IMG/VR virus record: IMGVR_UViG_3300032770_000002
Location: 1 to 64,000 of that record
Strand: one strand, 5' to 3'
Length of the DNA: 64,000 nt
Both the position numbers and the translations under genes were made by a program. Positions 1 through 9,263 of this stretch are shown here, piece after piece; the stretch's first letter is position 1; the number at the start of each line of letters is the position of its first letter. The notes beneath the pieces were generated by a model, which was not told the DNA's origin, searched no databases, and saw only the letters and a program-made list of their open reading frames with translations.

Positions 1-1828
1 CGAGCGCAAGATTGAATGCCCAGGGTGCCAACGGAGCGACTGGAAGTTGAGCGGTGTAAACAGTCACGGTCTGGAGGTCAACCGTGGACAGGGCGTCGCT
101 TTGGTAATTCTTCGTGACCGTGTATGAAAAGTTGTCAGACGGGATGGTGAACAGCTCTGTCGAACTGTTCGTCGTCAGGTCATTGTTTGGCGTGGCCAAG
201 ATGACGGACGCCACGCCGCTCGTTGAACTGATCTGGCTGACGAGGTCAGAGTAGACAATCGAGTCGCCAGGACGCAGGGCGTTGATGAGCCCCTGAAGGA
301 GCAGGTTCAAGCGTTGAATGGTGTCGGTGAGACTTGCACCGCTGGCGACCTTGAACCTGAACGCGATTGGAGCGGCTCGACTCGTCCCATCGGCGATGAC
401 GATGTAGTCCGTGCCCATGGCCCGTGACGTCATCCAGTCCTTCAAGAGGAGCTTCAAGCCAGAGGACAGCGGGACAAGCGAGCCACTCGGGCCCGTTGTC
501 CACGCGTAGAGCGTTATGACGTTGCTCTCAAGGATTGAGTTCGTGGCGTTGGCGAATGCCCTGGCAAAAGCAACGGAGCCATCCGGGAATGCCCGCGCGA
601 CTTCTTGGCAGTCGTCAAGCGTGACGGCTCGGTCGTTGGCCTTAAAAGCCAACGGGATGTGGGTTCTCGCCTCCTCAAGTGTCTCCTCACTTTGGCCGCC
701 CTGCCCGCTTGAAGTTTGGTTGGTGATGGACACCGTTACCGGGTTCTGCGTGTTGGAGACAAACCCGATGACCGACGTGTTGATTGAGCCAGTCGGGACG
801 TTTCCTGCAGGGCCACCGCCGACACGATATGTCGCCACGATCACCGAGTTGGCCGGCACTGCTTGGCCAAGTTGGCCGTCACCAAACTGGATGACGGTAA
901 CTCCGAGAGTCGTTTCCTTCGTGATGAATGACGTGGATGAAGGCCCGAGGTCGATAGCCGACTGAACCTCGGTCCACGTCACCCCGTTGACCGTAACAAC
1001 GACGGACCCGTCAATGACGGGCGTTCGACTCAGCGTGAGAAAGAAGTTGGACGTGTCTTGCGCAGGAGCCGTGGTTTGATCCGTCACGGTCTGGCCTTGA
1101 AGGATCAGGACGCGCTCGTCAACCACTTCGGCCGCTGTCGTTAAAGCGGCACTGCCTTGATAGGCTGAGTCTAGAACGAGGCGGTTGTTGCTGATGGCTC
1201 CTGGCGCGGCGCTTATCGACGTAATCGTGTAGGGCGTCGAACCAGCGGACAATCGAAACGTCTGGCCTACGGTGACATACTGCGTCAAGTCGATTGAGCT
1301 GTCCACCGTGTCAACATTTTCAGAGCCTGGAGTGACGAGCACGAGCGTTGCGAGGACATTGCTCCCAACCTCACTGGGCGAAAACGTGACCACAGGAGTC
1401 ACCGGAGTCGTGTCGCCTGGGAGGATCGTGTAGTCCTGACTGACTTCGAACGGGGTGTCGTCACTGGCCTTGACGACGGTTCCCTTTTGGATGGTGACTG
1501 AGCTGTCCAGCACGCTTTGAATGGAGACCTCACAGAGCACAGAAGCCGGGGTTGGCCCATGCAGGCGATAGCCGCCGAGCGCGCCAATCCGAACTGCGGA
1601 CTCGCGCAGCGTGAACGTTGGAACAAACACTTCACCCGCTTGTCGGTTGATGAGAAAGGCCATCGTGGCCATGTTCCACGACATCAGGTCGACGAGAATT
1701 ACGCCGAAATCACTCGGCAGAAAGTCATTCCAGTTTGTTGGCCAACGCTCTTGGATTCGCGCCAACAGCGCTTGTTGATTCGAGCTGAAGTCGATGTCAA
1801 CGTAGCGCGTTAGATTTGTATTTTCCAC
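1..1828 (-). CDS. Baseplate wedge protein, T4 gp6 / baseplate J-like (3' end runs off the window)
   Basis: Not in the ORF track; translated by hand from GTG at 1828: VENTNLTRYVDIDFSSNQQALLARIQERWPTNWNDFLPSDFGVILVDLMSW...IQFGDGQLGQAVP...YRVGGGPAGNV...GGQSEETLEEARTHIPLAFKANDRAVTLDD. These are typical gp6 motifs, and the frame is open to the window edge. Confidence 0.88.
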   Translation of the reverse strand, partial: MENTNLTRYVDIDFSSNQQALLARIQERWPTNWNDFLPSDFGVILVDLMSWNMATMAFLINRQAGEVFVPTFTLRESAVRIGALGGYRLHGPTPASVLCEVSIQSVLDSSVTIQKGTVVKASDDTPFEVSQDYTILPGDTTPVTPVVTFSPSEVGSNVLATLVLVTPGSENVDTVDSSIDLTQYVTVGQTFRLSAGSTPYTITSISAAPGAISNNRLVLDSAYQGSAALTTAAEVVDERVLILQGQTVTDQTTAPAQDTSNFFLTLSRTPVIDGSVVVTVNGVTWTEVQSAIDLGPSSTSFITKETTLGVTVIQFGDGQLGQAVPANSVIVATYRVGGGPAGNVPTGSINTSVIGFVSNTQNPVTVSITNQTSSGQGGQSEETLEEARTHIPLAFKANDRAVTLDDCQEVARAFPDGSVAFARAFANATNSILESNVITLYAWTTGPSGSLVPLSSGLKLLLKDWMTSRAMGTDYIVIADGTSRAAPIAFRFKVASGASLTDTIQRLNLLLQGLINALRPGDSIVYSDLVSQISSTSGVASVILATPNNDLTTNSSTELFTIPSDNFSYTVTKNYQSDALSTVDLQTVTVYTAQLPVAPLAPWAFNLAL

Positions 1829-1924
1829 GTCTTACTTACGTTTTGGACACGCATTCGGGCAGCGCTTTAGAACGTGTGTTCTTGCTTATGACCGCATGAC
1901 CGCTTACATTGTGCATAAGACAGC

Positions 1925-3544
1925 ATGATTTTCTCACTTTGCTACACGTCAGTCCGGCCTGAGTTTATTCCTCAAGTCATTCAACTGTGGCGTAAAAAGG
2001 CCGCGCACCCGGAAAATGTTGAAGTGATTGTCGCCGTGGACGAGGGCGACACGGCGTCTTTTCAAGCTGCAACGGAAGCCAAGGCTGAGTGCGTGCTTGT
2101 CCAGACGGAACGGCCGTTCTCTTGCGTCAAGGGCTGGAACCTGGCCGCTCAGTCCACAAAAGGCTCGGTTCTCATCGCGATCGCTGACGATTTTGTCCCA
2201 CCTGACTCGTGGGATGAGCAGCTTTTGGGCGTGTCAGACAAAGGCTGGATTTTTGAAGATCGCGTCGTGAAAGTCTGGGACGGCTACAACCCAGACCTGT
2301 GCACCCTGTCCATTTTGACACGCGCTCGGTATAACCGGTTCGGCTACATGTTTTACCCTGGCTACCTGAGCATGTTTAACGACACCGAGTTTACGTCGCA
2401 CGCCTACCAGGACAAGGTCGTCATCGAGGCGATGAACTTGCTCTTTGAGCACAAACACCCTGACTGTGGAAAGCGGCCACGTGACAACCATGACCTAAGT
2501 CACGCGTCAAATCTGAGGTGGCAGTTGGGTGAGAGCCTCTTCAAATATCGTCGGGCCCAGAAATTTCCGCTCGACATGGGCCCGCGCAGCGATGCGTATA
2601 CGCGTCCAATTTTTCAACTTGAACTCGATGACTTTGCCGTCTATGTTCAAGCTGTTCGCGACGACTTTTGCCTGTTTGACACGTGCTACCGAATGGCGAC
2701 TTCGGGCATCCGCCACTTTTACCTGTTCGTTCCAAGTCACTACTGGGACGGCAACCCCGTCAAGGAGAGTGACTCAAAGCAGGTTGATCTTGTTGCGAAG
2801 ATGCTGTGCGACCTTGGGTGCAAGGCCAACTCCGTTCACTTGCCAGTGAATTTTGAGGGCCACGCAAATCGTCTCAGTGTCGAGACCGAGTTTCGGAACC
2901 AGTCATTGACCTACATGTGGGACCACGGCGTCAACCACGTGATTGTTGTCGATGGCGACGAGATTTGGTATAGCAAATTTATGGAGGCCGTCGCGCCATG
3001 TGTCAAGGAGCACGCGGCATTGCAGTGTCCGATGATCCCGGTGATTGGACTGCCCGGGTATCCCGTTGACCAGGCGTCTGACAACGCGGTCATTTACGTT
3101 CGAAAGGGAAACCTGTTCAAGGTGTGCCGAACCCCGACTCAGTCCGCCACGACAATTCCAATTCGTGGCGTGATTCACTTTACCGCCACTCGAAAGACCA
3201 CCGAGGAGATCGTCGCAAAGATGCGTGGTGGCGGCCACTACGACGACCCTGACTATGATTTTGAGGGGTGGGTTCAACGCAAACTGCCGAACATTAAGCC
3301 TGGCATGCGTGACGCCCACATGTATAAGCCCTATCAAATCTGGCCACTTGTTCGAGCCTGGACAATGAAGGAGATCGAGGAGATTCCTCCGTCAATTCGG
3401 CCATTTCTTGGACTGCCTACTGAAGCGGTCCAGGCGCCTCGACCGAACATCGTTGAGATGGCCAAGTTTTTGAACCGCCCACCATGCCAAGAACCGACAC
3501 ACAGAAATTACCGAGTTGGTGTCTTCGTCGCCGCTCGCCGTTAA
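1925..3544 (+). CDS. Two-domain GT-A (GT2-like) glycosyltransferase
   Basis: N-domain: VEVIVAVDEGD, KGWNLAAQ, VLIAIADDF. C-domain has a second DxD motif, HVIVVDGDEIW. Confidence 0.75.
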   Translation: MIFSLCYTSVRPEFIPQVIQLWRKKAAHPENVEVIVAVDEGDTASFQAATEAKAECVLVQTERPFSCVKGWNLAAQSTKGSVLIAIADDFVPPDSWDEQLLGVSDKGWIFEDRVVKVWDGYNPDLCTLSILTRARYNRFGYMFYPGYLSMFNDTEFTSHAYQDKVVIEAMNLLFEHKHPDCGKRPRDNHDLSHASNLRWQLGESLFKYRRAQKFPLDMGPRSDAYTRPIFQLELDDFAVYVQAVRDDFCLFDTCYRMATSGIRHFYLFVPSHYWDGNPVKESDSKQVDLVAKMLCDLGCKANSVHLPVNFEGHANRLSVETEFRNQSLTYMWDHGVNHVIVVDGDEIWYSKFMEAVAPCVKEHAALQCPMIPVIGLPGYPVDQASDNAVIYVRKGNLFKVCRTPTQSATTIPIRGVIHFTATRKTTEEIVAKMRGGGHYDDPDYDFEGWVQRKLPNIKPGMRDAHMYKPYQIWPLVRAWTMKEIEEIPPSIRPFLGLPTEAVQAPRPNIVEMAKFLNRPPCQEPTHRNYRVGVFVAARR

Positions 3545-3579
3545 AAATTTGCTCGCCTAAAGGCGTCCAGACTGAGTCA

Positions 3580-3906
3580 ATGGTGCGTCAGGAGAAGCTC
3601 ATCATAGACATCTTACTTGACGCTCACCAGCACGGGAAACGCGTCTTATATTGGGACCTCGTTGAGAAGGTCGTCAGACAATACCTCAACCCAGGCGACA
3701 GGCTTAGGGACGGCAGTGTTGAAGTCGTCGCGCTCTTCAACCGGCTTATGCGTGAGCGCAAAGTAACGCGTGACCGGCGCAACTATGAGTGCCACATCAA
3801 GTTAACTGACGTCTATGCCGAACAACTTGGCGTAACGTCGAAACCCACTGGCAAGATTGAGGAAAAGACACCGCGCTCAAGTGCCAGTGGCGGGGTTTAC
3901 CTTTAA
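3580..3906 (+). CDS. Hypothetical protein (possible winged-helix)
   Basis: ATG at 3580 within track ORF 3484..3906 removes the overlap with the upstream gene; helical, basic sequence. Confidence 0.5.
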   Translation: MVRQEKLIIDILLDAHQHGKRVLYWDLVEKVVRQYLNPGDRLRDGSVEVVALFNRLMRERKVTRDRRNYECHIKLTDVYAEQLGVTSKPTGKIEEKTPRSSASGGVYL

Positions 3907-3920
3907 GTTCTTTCGAACCT

Positions 3921-5162
3921 ATGGCAGACGACAATGAGCAGATGGTCATTCCATCTGCAGTGATTACCACCTTCAAGCGGCCATTCTGCATGGTGCGAAA
4001 CGACGAGGAGGTTTGGGAGTTTAAACCGCCCTACCGATACCTGTTCATGTCGGACCACCTTGGATACGCGGCTGAATATGTTGACACGGTCTCATCTCTT
4101 GAGTCTTGCTCAACCTATAAGCCTCTGCGTGCCGCGGCCAACCTCGTTGACCGAAAGATTTACGTTGAACGTCACCGTGACCGAGGCATTGGCGACCTGC
4201 TTTTCATGACCGGGGTGATCAACTACATTCAGTCAGTCACGGCCTTTGGGGCGAAGATTTACATTTACGCCTTGTCTGACCGTGGACAGGTCTTGTTTAA
4301 TCACCCGTCCCTTGCTGGTCGCATGCCGTATTATGGGCCGACGATCATCGACTCGCTCCGGTCATTTGACTACCATTGGATCGTTCCAACGGTGACTGAG
4401 CACAATGGCGAAGACGACCAGTTGAACGTCTACGACGCTCTTTTCAGGTCCGTAGGCCTTGACCCAGAACAGATTGACCCGAAGTTCAAACGACCCACGG
4501 TGTGTCTCGATGAAAAAGACGAAGCCAACCTGAACAGCTTGTTTTTCTTCATCTACAACGACAAGAATATTGACTTTCGAAAGATCCCATACTACGTTGT
4601 CGCGCCATTCTGTTACAGCTCGCTTCGAGCTTTTCCATATGGAATGTGGTTGAGCCTGTTGAAGGAACTCGCGGACCAGCGGCCAGTCATCGTTCTTGGC
4701 GAGATGAAGCACAAGCTTCCAGCGCCTGACATGAGTGCGGCCGATTTTGTGGCATCTTTGGGCAACATCAGTTCTAAAAACCCAATCATCAACTTGATCG
4801 GTGACGTTCCACTGCGCCTGTCCATGTCGGTTATCAACCAAGCGAGGTGCGTTTTCTGCCTTGACAGTGGCCCACTTTACATTGCCCAGGCGCTACGCAC
4901 GCCGGCCATTTCATTGTGGAGCAACTTAAACCCGGCCATTCGCATTGGTTACGATGCGCCCTACATGGCGTCGGCTGTTTGGCCGCGCCAGGCTTGTTAC
5001 CACGCGCCCTGTTACGCGTTCAGCGGGTTTCCTACAGACCTGTGCCCAAGGCATGAACATCAGCGTTGTTGTGAAGTGGCCATGGCCGTCGAGCCATCGA
5101 TGGTTCTAGAGAAGCTGGATCGCATTGAAAAAGACAACCCACGAAAAGTGGCCGTCGAATGA
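3921..5162 (+). CDS. GT9-family (heptosyltransferase-like, GT-B) glycosyltransferase
   Basis: RGIGDLLFM near the N-terminus and VFCLDSGPLYIAQALRTPAISLW near the C-terminus are GT9 signatures. Confidence 0.8.
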   Translation: MADDNEQMVIPSAVITTFKRPFCMVRNDEEVWEFKPPYRYLFMSDHLGYAAEYVDTVSSLESCSTYKPLRAAANLVDRKIYVERHRDRGIGDLLFMTGVINYIQSVTAFGAKIYIYALSDRGQVLFNHPSLAGRMPYYGPTIIDSLRSFDYHWIVPTVTEHNGEDDQLNVYDALFRSVGLDPEQIDPKFKRPTVCLDEKDEANLNSLFFFIYNDKNIDFRKIPYYVVAPFCYSSLRAFPYGMWLSLLKELADQRPVIVLGEMKHKLPAPDMSAADFVASLGNISSKNPIINLIGDVPLRLSMSVINQARCVFCLDSGPLYIAQALRTPAISLWSNLNPAIRIGYDAPYMASAVWPRQACYHAPCYAFSGFPTDLCPRHEHQRCCEVAMAVEPSMVLEKLDRIEKDNPRKVAVE

Positions 5163-5614
5163 GTGATTTTCCAGAGCTTCCAACACTTCGTCACATCACG
5201 TTAGGCGACTACAGCCTCAACGTCAGCCATTACCTGACGAAGGAATACGTTGACATCAGTGAAGCGGCGGCTGAGTTGCCGGCCATCATCGAGTGGATCA
5301 ATGAAAAACTCCAGGAGATGATTGAGTCGCGTGAACTGGCCAAGTGTGAACTGAAGCGACGTGAAGCTGCGGCCTTTTTTGACTTCCGCAAAAATGGCTT
5401 TGATGAAGACGAAGGCCTCTCTGGAAAGCCGACTGACAAGGCCGTTGAGTATGCCATCGAACTTCAAGAGAGTGTCAAAGAAGCCAACGAAAACCTTGCT
5501 GTTCTTGAAGGTTGGGTTTCACGATTAAAAAACCAACTCGAGACCTTCCGGGTCAAGTTCGACTTGATTCGATCAACTGAAGCTACACGACGAAAAGATT
5601 ACGAGACCACATGA
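5159..5614 (+). CDS. UvsY-like recombination mediator
   Basis: Coiled-coil 151 aa protein (KPTDKAVEYAI...LKNQLETFRVKFDLIRS) directly upstream of the SSB and RecA genes, with ATGA overlaps. Confidence 0.5.
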   Translation: MSDFPELPTLRHITLGDYSLNVSHYLTKEYVDISEAAAELPAIIEWINEKLQEMIESRELAKCELKRREAAAFFDFRKNGFDEDEGLSGKPTDKAVEYAIELQESVKEANENLAVLEGWVSRLKNQLETFRVKFDLIRSTEATRRKDYETT

Positions 5615-7014
5615 ATCCAGACTTCACTCCATCCCCAGAAATGATGGCCATGCTCGACGGCGAGCAGAAGGCAATCCAATCAAAACGACGTGGCTTTCGT
5701 CAGGTGAAAATTGAGGAGAACGACTCGTGGCTGATTCGTTATATTCCTTACACTTTCGGTCCCACGAACAAATTTTACCTCAAGGTCGCCAATCACTGGA
5801 TCTTTCGCAAGCCTTACTTTTGCCCACGTGAGACTGACCCTGAAGCTGGAGGCGACCCGAACTACGACTGTGAACTCTGTGCGACGTGCAATGACATGCG
5901 TGGAAGCCCAACGAGCGCCGTCAAGAACGCAGGGTTTAAGGGCTCAGCCACGCAGCAGTGGTTGATGTATTGCTTTGTCTACGAACGCGAGCTTGCAAAG
6001 CACCGTGGTGAGGTTGAGATTATCGAAGACCCCGAGGAACTGTGGACCCCATGGGAATATTGGCACAGCCAATGGGGGTTCGACGAATTCATCAGCATTT
6101 TTCGAAAGAATTACAACGACCGGCGCCACCCGTCGAATGTGCTTGACTTCATGACCGGGTCGAACTTCTGGGCCCGTGGCACTACGAAGGGCGTCAGTCT
6201 TCAGAAGCATGACTCTGGCCCAATCACCGAGGGCACGCCAGAGCAAATCCAGGAAATCATAAACTTCGCGTGGAGTAAAATTCGAGTTCCGACGCTGACA
6301 CCGCTCAACGATGAACAAACTCAGGCCGCGTTGATCAAGCTCGAGGAACTGGCCCGTGAAGCTCCCAAGCAAGACCCACGAGGTCGGCGCACCACGAATT
6401 TTAGGGAGCGGTCTTCCGATGATGACGCTGGAGACTTGGCGCCGCAACGTCCTCCGGCCGTCGCCAGGGCCCCACAAGTCAGCGCGCCACAGGTTAGCGC
6501 GCCACGTCAAGCACCTCCAGCTGTAACTCAAGCCCAAGTTGCTCCGCCTCGAGTTTCGGCCCCGAGTGCAGCTCCCACCGTTTCAGCTCCGCGAGTTTCT
6601 CCGCCAACTGTTGTCGTTCCAAAGGCGGCCAACATGCCGCCGTCGGTGTCAGCAACTCCACCAGCGCTTCCCACAGTTTCAGCTCCGGCACAAAATCAAC
6701 AGCCGTCACTCGGTGACCGACTGCGGGCGCGTCAGTCTCCAGCGCCAGCAGTTGGCGGCAACCCCAACGCGGCGTCAACCATCGACCCTACTGAGGACAA
6801 CGTCACTGATGAGCACCGTGACCCAGCTCCCCCGAACCCTAACGTTCAAGTCGATGACAACCCGCCTCCGCAAGTCTCGGCTGAGGGCATCGCCAATAAC
6901 GCTCAAGCCGCTCCAGTCGCGTCGCAGCCGCCGGCTGGTGCACCTTTAGTCGGTCGCACTAACCTGAGCTCCAAGCTGCGTGGGGCGATAGCCAACGCTT
7001 CGAACAGAAGGTGA
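5611..7014 (+). CDS. gp32-like single-stranded DNA-binding protein with long Pro/Ala-rich tail
   Basis: WLIRYIP...HW...YFCP...CELC Zn-binding core typical of phage gp32-like SSBs; lies next to RecA. Confidence 0.72.
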   Translation: MNPDFTPSPEMMAMLDGEQKAIQSKRRGFRQVKIEENDSWLIRYIPYTFGPTNKFYLKVANHWIFRKPYFCPRETDPEAGGDPNYDCELCATCNDMRGSPTSAVKNAGFKGSATQQWLMYCFVYERELAKHRGEVEIIEDPEELWTPWEYWHSQWGFDEFISIFRKNYNDRRHPSNVLDFMTGSNFWARGTTKGVSLQKHDSGPITEGTPEQIQEIINFAWSKIRVPTLTPLNDEQTQAALIKLEELAREAPKQDPRGRRTTNFRERSSDDDAGDLAPQRPPAVARAPQVSAPQVSAPRQAPPAVTQAQVAPPRVSAPSAAPTVSAPRVSPPTVVVPKAANMPPSVSATPPALPTVSAPAQNQQPSLGDRLRARQSPAPAVGGNPNAASTIDPTEDNVTDEHRDPAPPNPNVQVDDNPPPQVSAEGIANNAQAAPVASQPPAGAPLVGRTNLSSKLRGAIANASNRR

Positions 7015-7018
7015 TTGA

Positions 7019-8512
7019 ATGGCTCGCCGACGTGCGCAAAGCCCCGGTGCTGCACCCGCAGCTCCAAAGGGAAAGAAACTTGACCTGATTGGGCGTTGCA
7101 TCTCACGCATCCAGCGGTCATCCCCACGCAACTTTGAGAATGGCCAGATCCAGGTGATGCGAATGAATAGTTCACGGATGTTTTCATCCGTGAAACACGT
7201 CATTCGAAGCGGCCTTGACCCATTTGACGACATCGTCGGTCCGATCCCAATAGGCCGCGTCATGGAGGTCTACGGTCCCGAGGCCTCAGGAAAGACGGCC
7301 TTTGTCAAGAAGGTTTGCAAGCAAGCCTTCCTAAAGGACCTGTGGATTTACAACCCTGATGGCTCCCTGTCAAAGATCGAGGACGACACTGAAGTTGTCG
7401 TGTGCTATTTCGATAATGAGCACTCCATCGAGTCGTCAAACAACGAGATCATCATTGACGGCGTCAAGATTGATGGCATCCTGACGGAGTGTGACGTCAT
7501 TGAAGACCTGTGGAAGACCGTCGACAACGTCCTTGACGAGGTGAAGCTGTCGGCCAAGAATGAGGAAGAAAAACGCAAGAAGGCTGAAAAGGACGGCAAG
7601 ACTTACAAGCCAAAGAAATTCCTGACCGTCTTTATCGTTGACACTATTGCGTCAACGTCATCAATTGAGGAATACACCAAGGACTGGGGCGAGGAAGATT
7701 ATCCTCGCATGCCGAAAAAGCTCAAAGAGGGCTTTCGCCGAATGGTTCGCCGCATCGGCAACGAGAACGTCATCTTCATCGCCAGCAACCAGGCCAACGA
7801 GACGTTCGGCAACAAGAGCCGATACATTGCTCCTGACAAAAAGTTCAATTCACCCGGTGGCAAGGCGCTCAAATTCTTCGCCTCAACCCGAGTTCTTTTT
7901 GAACAGCTTCCAGTCAAGTTCGTTCTCGACGAGGAATACCAATTTCAACAGGGGTATGTCATCAGCTTTATCAGCACCAAAAACAGGTTAAAGAAGCCGC
8001 TTCGCGAAGGTCGGCTCATCCTGCTTTTTGACTCGGCCCCGAACATCTACGGTGACATAAGTCCGAGTGGGCTGAACAATGAATACTCGATTCTTGAAAC
8101 CCTGCTTTACCTGAAGTTCGTTCAATTTGAGGATGACAAGTTTCTTCGGTTCCACTTTCGGAAGTTCGAAATTCCGATGACGACGTTCAACGACCTCGAG
8201 GATGATGAGGACCCGCGAATGCCGAGTCGTGCCGATTGGGTGGCGTTCTACGCCGCTCATAAGGCTGACATTGACATGATGTGGAGAGCGGCCATCGACT
8301 ACATTCACAAGGACCGGTGCCTGACTAACGTCAGGGCCATTGAGGACAAGTCCACGGGCGAAGAGGAAGGTGAACAAAATGAAACTGGAAGTGACGGGTC
8401 GCCGGTTCAAAATGACACAGAACCAGCAACCTGTGAGAGTGTAAGTGACGCCCCAGCAATACCGTTGATTCCTCGAACGGGGGCTGTCTTGAGCATTCCA
8501 AATGAACCGTAA
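7019..8512 (+). CDS. recA: RecA/UvsX recombinase
   Basis: GRVMEVYGPEASGKT (Walker A), FIVDTIAS (Walker B), IASNQ, SPGGKALKFFASTRV. Confidence 0.93.
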   Translation: MARRRAQSPGAAPAAPKGKKLDLIGRCISRIQRSSPRNFENGQIQVMRMNSSRMFSSVKHVIRSGLDPFDDIVGPIPIGRVMEVYGPEASGKTAFVKKVCKQAFLKDLWIYNPDGSLSKIEDDTEVVVCYFDNEHSIESSNNEIIIDGVKIDGILTECDVIEDLWKTVDNVLDEVKLSAKNEEEKRKKAEKDGKTYKPKKFLTVFIVDTIASTSSIEEYTKDWGEEDYPRMPKKLKEGFRRMVRRIGNENVIFIASNQANETFGNKSRYIAPDKKFNSPGGKALKFFASTRVLFEQLPVKFVLDEEYQFQQGYVISFISTKNRLKKPLREGRLILLFDSAPNIYGDISPSGLNNEYSILETLLYLKFVQFEDDKFLRFHFRKFEIPMTTFNDLEDDEDPRMPSRADWVAFYAAHKADIDMMWRAAIDYIHKDRCLTNVRAIEDKSTGEEEGEQNETGSDGSPVQNDTEPATCESVSDAPAIPLIPRTGAVLSIPNEP

Positions 8513-8519
8513 AATTCTT

Positions 8520-8549
8520 GTTTACAACTTCATGAAAACAGGTTAGGGT
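8520..8549 (+). promoter_or_regulatory. Putative early (host sigma70-type) promoter
   Basis: GTTTAC-N18-TAGGGT; same class as five better copies elsewhere in the window. Confidence 0.45.
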
Positions 8550-8595
8550 TCTGGCAACGATGAAGCCTACGATTGGCTAATCACCTGAAAAACAT

Positions 8596-9132
8596 ATGGA
8601 AGCAACAAAGAAAGACGAGTCCGCAGCGACTCCGACAGCTGCACCCGCCGTTGAGATGCCCAGCGCAGCGCGCGTCAAACGCGTTGAGCAGGTCCTTCGG
8701 TCGGACGCCACACTCAAGGAACGTCTCGGCAAGAAAGACGTCAACATCAAGGGCCGTGGAGGCACAACCGAACGTTTCACCCAAGAGGCCGTGTCGGTGA
8801 CTCAGGCCCTGCTCGAAGCCAAAAAGGAACCCTTCACCGTTCTCAAGAAGGACATCGTTCTTTGCGCCCAGAAGGTCCTCAACATCAACACCGAAGCCGT
8901 CGCCCAGGTTGCCGAACCTCCGCCTCCTCCGAACGACAACAACAAGTCCGAAAAGGGCAGCAAGCCGCAGAAGACCACGGTGGACCAGACCATCTCCATT
9001 GTCAGCCTTCTCCTTTCGGCCATCAACATCGCCAAATACTCTGACTCGCACTCCGGCGCCGACGCTCGACGCAAAAAGCTCGAGGAGATCAAGGAAGAGT
9101 ATGTGGCTGCGGCCAACATCAAGATCAGCTAA
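8596..9132 (+). CDS. Hypothetical protein
   Basis: 178 aa ORF with good codon pattern, flanked by a promoter-like motif and a hairpin element. Confidence 0.7.
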   Translation: MEATKKDESAATPTAAPAVEMPSAARVKRVEQVLRSDATLKERLGKKDVNIKGRGGTTERFTQEAVSVTQALLEAKKEPFTVLKKDIVLCAQKVLNINTEAVAQVAEPPPPPNDNNKSEKGSKPQKTTVDQTISIVSLLLSAINIAKYSDSHSGADARRKKLEEIKEEYVAAANIKIS

Positions 9133-9148
9133 GAAGTCGAAGTTCTAT

Positions 9149-9227
9149 ACACAGCGCACGTAAGTGCGTGCCCAACATCGACTGGGCGGAAGGCTCGAAC
9201 CAGAAGTTTAGGTTCGGCCTTTTGTGT
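9149..9227 (+). ncRNA. Structured intergenic element (four-way junction; last hairpin may be a terminator)
   Basis: P1 ACACAG/TTGTGT encloses CGCAC-GTAA-GTGCG, GCCCA-N8-TGGGC and AGGC(T)CGAACC-N9-GGTTCGGCCT. Confidence 0.4.
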
Positions 9228-9263
9228 TTATTAGACCCGTAGACTTCATTACAGTCTTGTGAC

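Noticed and set aside
516-965. Many antisense or alternate-frame ORFs in the track (e.g. 516..965, 5944..6537, 18067..18765, 36524..37015, 40630..41301, 61780..62478)
   Set aside because: They are shadows of well-supported genes on the other strand or frame, with no recognisable motifs.
7019-8512. Intein in the long RecA (or in ThyA, SbcC, portal)
   Set aside because: No C/S...HN-C/S/T splice motifs or LAGLIDADG blocks; the extra length is short inserts and an acidic tail.
9149-9227. tRNA gene (cloverleaf-like fold containing GGTTCG)
   Set aside because: GGTTCG lies in a stem strand rather than a T-loop; there is no 7-bp acceptor stem, 7-nt anticodon loop or CCA. Kept only as a generic structured element.
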